Source: Candidatus Omnitrophota bacterium (lineage in GTDB: Bacteria; Omnitrophota; Gorgyraeia; Gygaellales; Profunditerraquicolaceae). From it: a DNA stretch of 64,000 nt. Both the position numbers and the translations under genes were made by a program. The stretch lies in contig JAQUOV010000001.1 of the NCBI GenBank assembly GCA_028716965.1, positions 134,448-198,447 of the forward strand, in the 5' to 3' direction. Shown piece by piece: positions 37,682 to 45,676 of this stretch. The notes under the pieces were generated by a model, which saw only the letters and a program-made list of their open reading frames with translations, had not been told where the DNA came from and did not search any database. Positions within the stretch are counted from its first letter, which is position 1; every line of letters starts with the position of its first letter.

Positions 37682-39295
37682 TTATTGAGCTAAAACACAT
37701 ACTATTTCAAAAGTATTTTTCCCCTCGTCTTCCTTGGAGTTAACCAGGTTCGCTTCCGCGATGAACTTTGAATCTTCAAGTTTATTCATAAAATCCGTCA
37801 GCACCTTTTCTGCGGAATCCTTACTCGCCGTCACTATGCCGTTAAGATGCATTTTATGGCTGGATTGGTCAAAATCAAACTCATCAAGCATAATATTTGC
37901 GGGGACGACCGAACCGATCAATTTCAATAACCCTCCGCAAGGCACCATCCCCATATGGACCCTGTTGATTAAATCACCCCTTAAATCCACTGACTGTTTG
38001 ATAGTCTTAATCTCTTCAACGCTTTGTAAATGCAGCCTGGCGATCTTTAAGCGTTTTTTATAATCACGTATCTGGAAGCTAATCACAAACCATGAAAAAA
38101 TGAATATAGCGCTGATAGCAACCGCTGCGGTACGCAGGACGGTTTTCTGGATCAACTCTATCTTCTGGTTTTTTATTTCACGCGGCAGTAAATTTATCCC
38201 GGAAGACGAAAGGCTCAATCCTATGGCGCTGGAAAGCTGATTAGCCTCCAGGAAGAATCTTTCCGCGTCTACATCCCTTATATCAAGCGAACCCGGCAAA
38301 GGCAATTTCTCCACCTTAATCTTAAGCTGGCCTGCAAGATAACTGTCAAAATTCTTCAGGTTTGCTCCGCCGCCGGTAATATACAGGATTTCCGGGTTAC
38401 CGCAGCCGGCTTCAGAATTAAAATAATCAAAGGAACGCTCCAATTCTTTAACTACCGTTTCAAGCAACGGGCGCATAAGCGGGATAAGCTGGCCTGTCCT
38501 TATCCCGTCATCAAGCTTAACCGTTTCATCAAGAGGAATACCTTCTTGGCGCATCAACTGTTCAGCTCTCTCAAACCCGATCTCCACCTTTCCCCGGTCC
38601 GTTACCAGTGCCCCGCATAAGGAAGCGGAAAGCTTGGAAGCAGAAAAATTAAGGTTCCTGACAAAGCTTAATTTATTCCTTTGATAGATGGAAATATACG
38701 AATGAGTATGCCCTATATCAAAAATAGCGCTGGTCTGCGGACCGGCAGATAAAGAATCCAGGATACCGCAATAATTGAATACGCTGCCTGATACTCTTTG
38801 GGGCATAAGCCCGCAGCCGATAGAGGCGGAAACATATTTATTAATTATGCTCTTGCGGGCAAAAACGCAAAAAATCTCAATTTTCCTGGCGCCTTCACTA
38901 TCAGTGTATTCACGGATAACCTGTAAATCCGATACGCTCTCCTCAAGGCTAAAGGGAAGCTCACCTTTAAGCTGCCACTTCACCGCGTTAAGCAGCTCAT
39001 CCTTGGGCATATGAGGAAGGCTGAGTTTCTTAATAAAAATACCCTCCGGGTCGGAAATACTTAAGTAGGCTTCTTTGCCGAATAGCGGGTTGTTTTCAAG
39101 GATCTGCCTGAGAAAACCGGCTAAAGTCTCGGGTGTGCTTGAGGCTGTGTCAAATTCCTTTAAAGCATAAGCCAGGAGTTTATACGCGCCGTCTCCGCCC
39201 TGCAAGCAGGCTATTTTAATAAACGAACCTCCGAAATCAATACAGGTGATCCGTTTACTATTTTCCCTGAGTTTTAAAAACTTAAGCCACTCCAT
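37682..39295 (-). CDS. PilM-PilN fusion protein.
   Basis: An N-terminal actin-like PilM ATPase fold is followed by a transmembrane helix (VLRTAAVAISAIFIFSWFVISF) and a PilN-like periplasmic domain. Confidence 0.65.
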   Translation of the reverse strand: MEWLKFLKLRENSKRITCIDFGGSFIKIACLQGGDGAYKLLAYALKEFDTASSTPETLAGFLRQILENNPLFGKEAYLSISDPEGIFIKKLSLPHMPKDELLNAVKWQLKGELPFSLEESVSDLQVIREYTDSEGARKIEIFCVFARKSIINKYVSASIGCGLMPQRVSGSVFNYCGILDSLSAGPQTSAIFDIGHTHSYISIYQRNKLSFVRNLNFSASKLSASLCGALVTDRGKVEIGFERAEQLMRQEGIPLDETVKLDDGIRTGQLIPLMRPLLETVVKELERSFDYFNSEAGCGNPEILYITGGGANLKNFDSYLAGQLKIKVEKLPLPGSLDIRDVDAERFFLEANQLSSAIGLSLSSSGINLLPREIKNQKIELIQKTVLRTAAVAISAIFIFSWFVISFQIRDYKKRLKIARLHLQSVEEIKTIKQSVDLRGDLINRVHMGMVPCGGLLKLIGSVVPANIMLDEFDFDQSSHKMHLNGIVTASKDSAEKVLTDFMNKLEDSKFIAEANLVNSKEDEGKNTFEIVCVLAQ

Positions 39296-39307
39296 AAAGT
39301 ATGGTAA

Positions 39308-39544
39308 TTATAAAGCGTATTTCTTGGTTAAATAATAAACAATAAAGAAAAGCAATGCCGAAACCAATAATAAAGATACCCCTACACCAATTCTTAACTT
39401 ATATACCTTTTCATCAATGGAGACACTCATTTTATCAATAGCTGTATTTATTTTACTGCTTAACTGATGCAAAGTCTTGGGTGAAAATAAAAATAACACC
39501 CCGCCTAAAAGAGCAACTGTGCCTGCTAAAACCAAAAACCACAT
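39308..39544 (-). CDS. Small membrane protein (2 transmembrane helices), hypothetical.
   Basis: A 78-aa protein with hydrophobic helices at both ends. Confidence 0.35.
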   Translation of the reverse strand: MWFLVLAGTVALLGGVLFLFSPKTLHQLSSKINTAIDKMSVSIDEKVYKLRIGVGVSLLLVSALLFFIVYYLTKKYAL

Positions 39545-39599
39545 ATTATCCTTCCTGTATTAGAAACGCATACCGGTTCCACCAATAAAACCGGGTATT

Positions 39600-40154
39600 T
39601 TATTGTAATTTTTTTACGGCAACTGACGAAGCCTGTTCGGATTGCCCTTGCCAGTCATTATACAAACCTGTCCCGCTTTTAGCAATCAAAATAATTCTAA
39701 TACGGCGCACATTGGCAGCCGTAGCGGTGATTGCGCCGGTTGAGTCATAAAAAGTAAACAACGCGCCGCTTTTACCGCTTAAGTTTAAACCGGCGGCGCT
39801 GGAATAAGCCGGTATGGTTTGTTCTGCCGCGCCATTTATTGAGCGGTATAATTTATTCGTTCCCGTATCCAGGCGGAAATAAACAGTTTTACCGTCGCCA
39901 TCAATAAAATCCACCCGATAGGCGCCAAGCGCAGTAATCGCCCTGCTGAAACGTAAGCCCTTAGCCTGGTTATCCCCTTCAGTCATAATATTTAAAGCAT
40001 CGGTTGCCAGTTTATCCATGCCTAACTGGTTGGGGATAAAAACAGAGTTCTTAACAGTATAGGCCATAATCCAGGCGCCTGAACCTGCCAATATGCCGAT
40101 TATGGCCATTACCATGATTAACTCAATAAAGGTAAAACCTCGCTTAAGCCTCAT
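39600..40154 (-). CDS. Minor pilin / pseudopilin (prepilin-type leader).
   Basis: MRLKRGFTFIELIMVMAIIGILA. Confidence 0.65.
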   Translation of the reverse strand: MRLKRGFTFIELIMVMAIIGILAGSGAWIMAYTVKNSVFIPNQLGMDKLATDALNIMTEGDNQAKGLRFSRAITALGAYRVDFIDGDGKTVYFRLDTGTNKLYRSINGAAEQTIPAYSSAAGLNLSGKSGALFTFYDSTGAITATAANVRRIRIILIAKSGTGLYNDWQGQSEQASSVAVKKLQ

Positions 40155-40600
40155 AATCCTAAAGTTACATTCTTGGCAATATATGTTTTTAAAGTAACCA
40201 GTACCGTTGCGCTGCCAGCCTTAGTTACGCTGATAGTGACTAATTTCAGGCTTTCCGAGGTCCAGAAATTACCCTGCGCGTAAGTTACGATCCGGCTCAA
40301 ATTATAATCGTACCCCTGGTAATTACTGAAATAGGCGTTACCTAAGCTGTTATAATCAGTATTAAGCGCCTCTTCCATATCAAGCCGGGCTAAATTTAAG
40401 GCCGTACTGTAATCCTGGGAAACAAATACGCTTTGCACATGTTTAGACAAAGTAATGGATATAGGCAAAGCAATAATACCGAGTACGACTATCGCCATAA
40501 TCAGTTCAATGAGCGTAAACGCTCTTTTTTTACGGGACAGCCTGGTTAATCTCATCATAATCGGAAATGTTTCCTGTAGTGATATTATATGTAGCCTCAA
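40151..40600 (-). CDS. Minor pilin (prepilin-type leader). The true start is likely an internal ATG near 40558.
   Basis: RKKRAFTLIELIMAIVVLGII. Confidence 0.6.
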   Translation of the reverse strand: MRLHIISLQETFPIMMRLTRLSRKKRAFTLIELIMAIVVLGIIALPISITLSKHVQSVFVSQDYSTALNLARLDMEEALNTDYNSLGNAYFSNYQGYDYNLSRIVTYAQGNFWTSESLKLVTISVTKAGSATVLVTLKTYIAKNVTLGL

Positions 40601-41345
40601 CAGTGCGGTATTGATTTGAGCCTGCGGTTTTTCCCATAGATTTAATAGTCAAAGTACTTCCTCCTGCTGTGCAGGTTGAACCGGGAGAAGGATAAACCGT
40701 ACAAACCGGGCTTGCGCTGCCGTCTGTCATTATAAATTGTAAAGTAATAATGCGGCCGGACATAGAGCTGTTCCATCTTACCCGGGTAAGATTAGCCGTG
40801 GCACCAGCATATATATTCGTATTAGTAATATTGCAATCCGCCGGGCTTGATGAATCGGAAGAATTCCAAACATTAGAATTGTTAATGCGGATATTTGTTA
40901 ATGTTCTTGAATACCCGGTCCAGGTTACGATGATGCGGTCAATGGTTATAGTTGAAAGAGATGAGTTTGTGAGAGTCACCCCCCTCACATCACGATTGCT
41001 GGAAGCCAGATAAGATCCCGTGGCATCTATTATGAGAGAAGAAGCATCATCGCCAATTAAAGTCGTTGAGACTGTAAAATTATTAGCTGCGTCAATGCTG
41101 AAAGTACCGTTTGTAAGAACCCCGCTGTTGCGGTATTGGTATAAAGCGTAGTAAATTCCGGCAGAGGCATTGTAAATGCAGTGCTCCTGCCTTTCTGTAT
41201 TATCAATCTGCCCATACCAGCCGACTATGAAAGTGGAAAGCCCTAAGACCACAATAGAGACAAAAACGATCAGGAGTATTGCGGCAATAAGCGCCAGGCC
41301 TTTTCTTTGCTTAATCATTTCGGATAAATCCATATAAAAGCGCAA
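40530..41345 (-). CDS. PilX-like pilus-associated protein.
   Basis: An N-terminal MIKQRKGLALIAAILLIVFVSIVVLG, followed by a Ser/Thr/Asn-rich region. Confidence 0.45.
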   Translation of the reverse strand: MRFYMDLSEMIKQRKGLALIAAILLIVFVSIVVLGLSTFIVGWYGQIDNTERQEHCIYNASAGIYYALYQYRNSGVLTNGTFSIDAANNFTVSTTLIGDDASSLIIDATGSYLASSNRDVRGVTLTNSSLSTITIDRIIVTWTGYSRTLTNIRINNSNVWNSSDSSSPADCNITNTNIYAGATANLTRVRWNSSMSGRIITLQFIMTDGSASPVCTVYPSPGSTCTAGGSTLTIKSMGKTAGSNQYRTVEATYNITTGNISDYDEINQAVP

Positions 41346-41397
41346 GACGCCTTAAAGAAACCCCGTCAAGACGCCTTGCGCTAAATTCTTCAACCGC

Positions 41398-41757
41398 TTA
41401 TTTGAAATCTCCGGTAGCTGCGGTATAAGTATAAGTAGTTCCTGCCGGCCCGGTATAAGTTGTAGCAGTAGCCTTGGTCCAATCAGAAATAACCCCGCCC
41501 TGCTGTAAAACAGTATCAAAACAGACGTTACTTGCGCTGCATGCAGCGGTAGAAGCTGAATCCAGTGTCGCCGGATATGCCTTGTTCTGCGCAAAATATG
41601 TATAAATACCCGCGCGCACTCCGCCCACAACTCCTTTTTCCGCGGCGTCCTTTGCCGAAGTCTGAAGGTCAAAATACTTGGGCACGGCAACCGCCGCCAA
41701 AATACCCAGAATCACGATGATCATAATTAACTCAATTAACGTAAAACCTTTCTTCAT
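41398..41757 (-). CDS. pilA: Type IV major pilin PilA.
   Basis: MKKGFTLIELIMIIVILGILAAVAVP, with a strong SD (GGAGGAGGGGG) upstream. Confidence 0.8.
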   Translation of the reverse strand: MKKGFTLIELIMIIVILGILAAVAVPKYFDLQTSAKDAAEKGVVGGVRAGIYTYFAQNKAYPATLDSASTAACSASNVCFDTVLQQGGVISDWTKATATTYTGPAGTTYTYTAATGDFK

Positions 41758-41777
41758 TTTACCCCCTCCTCCAAATT

Positions 41778-41814
41778 AGGGACGTTTCTCAAGCCAATCG
41801 GAGAACTGTCCCCT
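41778..41814. repeat. GGGAC-family single unit.
   Basis: AGGGACGTTTCTCAAGCCAATCGGAGAACTGTCCCCT, 21 bp upstream of pilA. Confidence 0.7.
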
Positions 41815-41823
41815 CTGATTAAA

Positions 41824-42231
41824 TTACCAATTTTCATAACCTTTTGTCGTAGAACCAACCACCCCCTTCCTGGAATCATAATAAAGACAATTGCCAAAGG
41901 CATCTAATGGCGCCCCATGGTTATCCTGCTCAAGCGAACTTAAGAATTTCTCATTAAAAATAAGCTCATCCGCCTTGGATAACCTGTGGCTTGACTGAAT
42001 AAGGACCTTTAAATCCTCCGGGTAATAGCCTTTTAGCTCTTTGTACAACACAAGCAGCATACGGAAATTATTTAACTGATAGCGCAAGGCAACCTCCCGG
42101 GAATTCTGCGCAAGCGTTCCGATAACTCCACCGAATACCCAGATCAAAAATGCAATAATTGTCAAAGAAACGGCTAAATCTAAAATAAGCAAGCCGCTTT
42201 TATCTTTCTTAAATGAGCGTAAAGAACGCAT
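41824..42231 (-). CDS. GspG/PulG-like pseudopilin-fold protein with a non-canonical leader.
   Basis: A hydrophobic N-terminal helix, then ...YYPEDLKVL...DAFGNCLYYDSRKG, which resembles the GspG globular domain. Confidence 0.4.
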   Translation of the reverse strand: MRSLRSFKKDKSGLLILDLAVSLTIIAFLIWVFGGVIGTLAQNSREVALRYQLNNFRMLLVLYKELKGYYPEDLKVLIQSSHRLSKADELIFNEKFLSSLEQDNHGAPLDAFGNCLYYDSRKGVVGSTTKGYENW

Positions 42232-43445
42232 TATTTTTTAAAGATACTCATTAAGTTCCACATGGGCAGGAATATGCCCAGGGCCATAAATAACACCCCT
42301 AAGCCCAAAACAAAGATCAGGATCGGCTCAATTAATGAAGTCAGGTTGTTAATGGTATAATCTACCTGTTCATCATAATAATCAGAAACATGGATAAGCA
42401 GGTCATCCAATTTGCCGGTCTCCTCCCCCACCGAGACCATCTGCGTAACTATCGGCGGGAACAGGCCGCTTATCTTCATCGGCTCGGCGATACCTTTGCC
42501 CTCCATAACATTATTTTTGATATTGGTTACGGCCTTAGCCACTACCTCATTGCCGGTTGAGCCTGACGCAATATCCAGGATCTTTAAGATCGGGATGCCG
42601 CTGCGCATAAGGGTACCGGTAATACGCGTGAAACGCGAAATGGAAAGCTTCAACGTTAAAGGGCCGAAAACAGGAACCTTAAGTTTTAAGTTATCCCAGG
42701 CAAACCTGCCGATTTTAGTATTAATGTACTGTTTAAAAATAAGACCGGCCGCTATACCAATAATAATCAATAGCCACCAAAGCTTGGTTACCGCGTAATT
42801 AATCCCCAAGAGTATCTGCGTCGGCAAAGGCAAAGCCGTAGTATACTGCTCATAAATCTTGGCATACCGCGGGACGACTAAAACTGTTAAAACGACAAAA
42901 CCGATGATCATGGCAATCACTACGATAATAGGATAGCGGGTTGAAGATTTAATACGCAGCCGGATAGTCTCATCATGCTCGCTTAATGTTGCCAGCCTTG
43001 TTAAAACCTCATCCAGCCGGCCGCTGGCCTCCCCTGAAGCAACCATGTTTAAATAAAGGCTGTTAAATATCTTCGGATATTTCTCTAAGGCACCGGATAA
43101 ATTTGACCCTGATTCAATATCCCGGATTATCTGGCTGATCACCTCTTTAAACACTTTATTCTGCGTCTGCTCGCGCAAAGCGTTCAAGGAGAGCAGGATT
43201 GGAAGCCCTGCCTTCTGCAGGGTTGCCAATTGGCGGGTAAACATATTCAATTCGGAAAATTTTATCCGTATTGCTGAACTGGAAAATTTTGCGGAACGGC
43301 CGGACTGTTTTACCTCCAAGATGGAAACCGGGGTAAATCCTAACTGGATCAACCTTTGAGCTACGGAATTTTCATCTTCCGCTTCCATTATCCCGCCAAC
43401 CTCTTTGCCGAATTTATCCCTGCTTTTATACTGGTATTTAGGCAT
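42231..43445 (-). CDS. pilC: Type IV pilus platform protein PilC (GspF family).
   Basis: Two T2SS-F repeats, about 404 aa. Confidence 0.8.
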   Translation of the reverse strand: MPKYQYKSRDKFGKEVGGIMEAEDENSVAQRLIQLGFTPVSILEVKQSGRSAKFSSSAIRIKFSELNMFTRQLATLQKAGLPILLSLNALREQTQNKVFKEVISQIIRDIESGSNLSGALEKYPKIFNSLYLNMVASGEASGRLDEVLTRLATLSEHDETIRLRIKSSTRYPIIVVIAMIIGFVVLTVLVVPRYAKIYEQYTTALPLPTQILLGINYAVTKLWWLLIIIGIAAGLIFKQYINTKIGRFAWDNLKLKVPVFGPLTLKLSISRFTRITGTLMRSGIPILKILDIASGSTGNEVVAKAVTNIKNNVMEGKGIAEPMKISGLFPPIVTQMVSVGEETGKLDDLLIHVSDYYDEQVDYTINNLTSLIEPILIFVLGLGVLFMALGIFLPMWNLMSIFKK

Positions 43446-43448
43446 AGA

Positions 43449-45119
43449 TTACTCTATCTCGGTAACCCTTAATATCTCTTCAATGGTAGTTAAGCCTACC
43501 CTTGCCTTCTCTAATCCGTCTTCGCGCAAACTCTTCATTCCCTGTTCAATTGCTTTTTTCTTGATCGCATCCGCCGAATTCTTTTCTTCAACCATTTTAC
43601 GGATAGCTTCATTAAGCACCAATATTTCAAATATCCCTATCCGGCCAACGAAGCCGGTATTCTTGCAGGCAGGGCATCCTCTGCCGCGGCAGAATACGGT
43701 ATTAATATCCAGGCCTAAATCCCGCAAAGCAGCCGGCGTAGGATAATATTCTTCCTTACACTTCGGGCATATCTTGCGCACGAGGCGCTGGGCAACAACA
43801 AGAATTAAAGAGCTGGAGATTAAAAACGGCTCAAGGCCCATATCAATCAGGCGGGTCAAAGAGCTGGGGGCGTCGTTAGTATGCAAGGTTGAGAAAACCA
43901 GGTGGCCGGTTAAAGAAGCCTGGATAGCCACTTCCGCTGTTTCTTTATCGCGTACCTCGCCGACCATGATCACATCCGGGTCCTGGCGTAAAATTGAACG
44001 CAGGCCGTTAGCAAAAGTAATATCCGCCTTGGGGTTCACCTGGGTCTGGCGGATCAAAGGCAATTCATATTCAACAGGGTCTTCAATTGTAATAATGTTT
44101 TTTTCCATGGAACTGATTGTGCTTAAAGCGGAGTAAAGCGTGGTGGTCTTTCCGCTTCCGGTTGGCCCGGTAACCAGGATGATCCCGTTCGGCTGCAGGA
44201 TCATCTTACTGAAGGTCTCCAGGTTGTTTTCCGTAAAGCCTAAATCCTTTAACCCTAACAAAATTGACGAACGGTCCAATAAACGCATAACCACATTTTC
44301 TCCGTGGACCGTAGGAAACGTGGAAACCCTGATATCCAAATCTTTATTTTCCAGTTTTACGCTAATCTTGCCGTCCTGGGGCCTCCTGCTCTCCGCGATA
44401 TCCATCTCTGCCAGGATCTTCACCCTTGAGATCACCGCGTTCTGCAGTTTCTTAGGCAGGCTATGCACTTCATGCAGTATTCCGTCAATACGGTAGCGCA
44501 CGCGTAAAACCTCTATCTCCGGTTCAATGTGGATATCTGATACGCGGTCCTTAACCGCATCGGAAATAAGGATATTCACTAATTTTATTATCGGCGGCTC
44601 TTCCGCAACCTCCACGAGGCCGCCCTTATCAACCAGCAACTTTTTGTTTTCAATTGCCTTGACAATCTCCTCAACGGAGTTACCCTGGCCGTAATAGAAA
44701 TCCAGGACCTTTTCAATGCTTTTTGAAGAAACCAACACCGGGTCCACTGACCCTACCTTGCTGATCCTGAGGATATGGTCCAGCGCCTGAATATCGCTGG
44801 GATCCACCATTCCCACCGTCAAGGTATCCATAATCTTAAAAAGCGGCACTGCTTTATATTTATTGGCGACGCTCTCGGGGATAAGCTTGGTAAGCTCGGC
44901 GTCAATAACATAATCTTCCAGGTTCATATACAGGAACCCTGAAGCATTAGCTTTGGCTTCGGCGATATCCTCCTCGGTAATAAAACCTAACTTTTCTAAA
45001 GCCTTTTCAAGCTTCATGCCGGTGCGTTTTACCTCATCCCTGGCCTTCTCTACCTGCACCTGGGTGATTAGATTCTGCTTCAATAATAAATCAATTATTT
45101 CCATTTTAACTTCCTCCAC
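43449..45119 (-). CDS. pilB: Type IV pilus assembly ATPase PilB (GspE family).
   Basis: A Walker A motif (GPTGSGKTT), a tetra-Cys motif (CPKCK...CRGRGCPACK) and an N-terminal GSPII_E_N domain. Confidence 0.85.
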   Translation of the reverse strand: MEEVKMEIIDLLLKQNLITQVQVEKARDEVKRTGMKLEKALEKLGFITEEDIAEAKANASGFLYMNLEDYVIDAELTKLIPESVANKYKAVPLFKIMDTLTVGMVDPSDIQALDHILRISKVGSVDPVLVSSKSIEKVLDFYYGQGNSVEEIVKAIENKKLLVDKGGLVEVAEEPPIIKLVNILISDAVKDRVSDIHIEPEIEVLRVRYRIDGILHEVHSLPKKLQNAVISRVKILAEMDIAESRRPQDGKISVKLENKDLDIRVSTFPTVHGENVVMRLLDRSSILLGLKDLGFTENNLETFSKMILQPNGIILVTGPTGSGKTTTLYSALSTISSMEKNIITIEDPVEYELPLIRQTQVNPKADITFANGLRSILRQDPDVIMVGEVRDKETAEVAIQASLTGHLVFSTLHTNDAPSSLTRLIDMGLEPFLISSSLILVVAQRLVRKICPKCKEEYYPTPAALRDLGLDINTVFCRGRGCPACKNTGFVGRIGIFEILVLNEAIRKMVEEKNSADAIKKKAIEQGMKSLREDGLEKARVGLTTIEEILRVTEIE

Positions 45120-45212
45120 AAGGAGGACACCCGCGCAACATTAGACACACGGCAAACTGGCCAATCCCATTCGGGCCAAGTGCCAATCAGCGCGGGGTGC
45201 CTTTCCTAAAAA

Positions 45213-45602
45213 CTAATGGGCGTTTTTCGATCTACTCAAAAGCTCAGCTACTTTCCCCAAAAGAATATCAGGCTCAAACGGCTTCATTATATAAGCATCC
45301 GCGCCTACCTCCTCGCCTAATTTTATATCAATCTCCTGGGTACGTGCCGTAAACAATATAATCGGTATATGTTTATATTTTTCATCAAACTTGAGTATGC
45401 GGCAGACTTTATAGCCGTCAATTTTTGGAAGCATGAGGTCAAGGATGATTAAATCCGGCCTTTCGCTGCGCAGTTTATCCAACCCTTCCTGCCCGTCGGC
45501 AGCAGAGATAACCTGATAACCGTTTGCCTCCAACCTCATAGTAAGCATCTCCACAATAGCTTTTTCATCGTCAACAACTAAAATTTTCTTCAAATCGCTC
45601 AC
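45213..45602 (-). CDS. Stand-alone response-regulator receiver (CheY-like).
   Basis: VVDDE, LIILDLMLP and YIMKPF. Confidence 0.75.
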   Translation of the reverse strand: MSDLKKILVVDDEKAIVEMLTMRLEANGYQVISAADGQEGLDKLRSERPDLIILDLMLPKIDGYKVCRILKFDEKYKHIPIILFTARTQEIDIKLGEEVGADAYIMKPFEPDILLGKVAELLSRSKNAH

Positions 45603-45676
45603 CAGTTAGCCTTTCTTTTTCCCGGCTTATCGCTGCGCTATCTTCCTTATTTCGGTCATAAATTTCTGGCTATTTC

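Noticed and set aside
41352-41690. 112-aa minus-strand ORF overlapping pilA in another frame.
   Set aside because: pilA has a textbook prepilin leader and a strong SD. The overlapping frame is Arg/Leu-rich and has no features.
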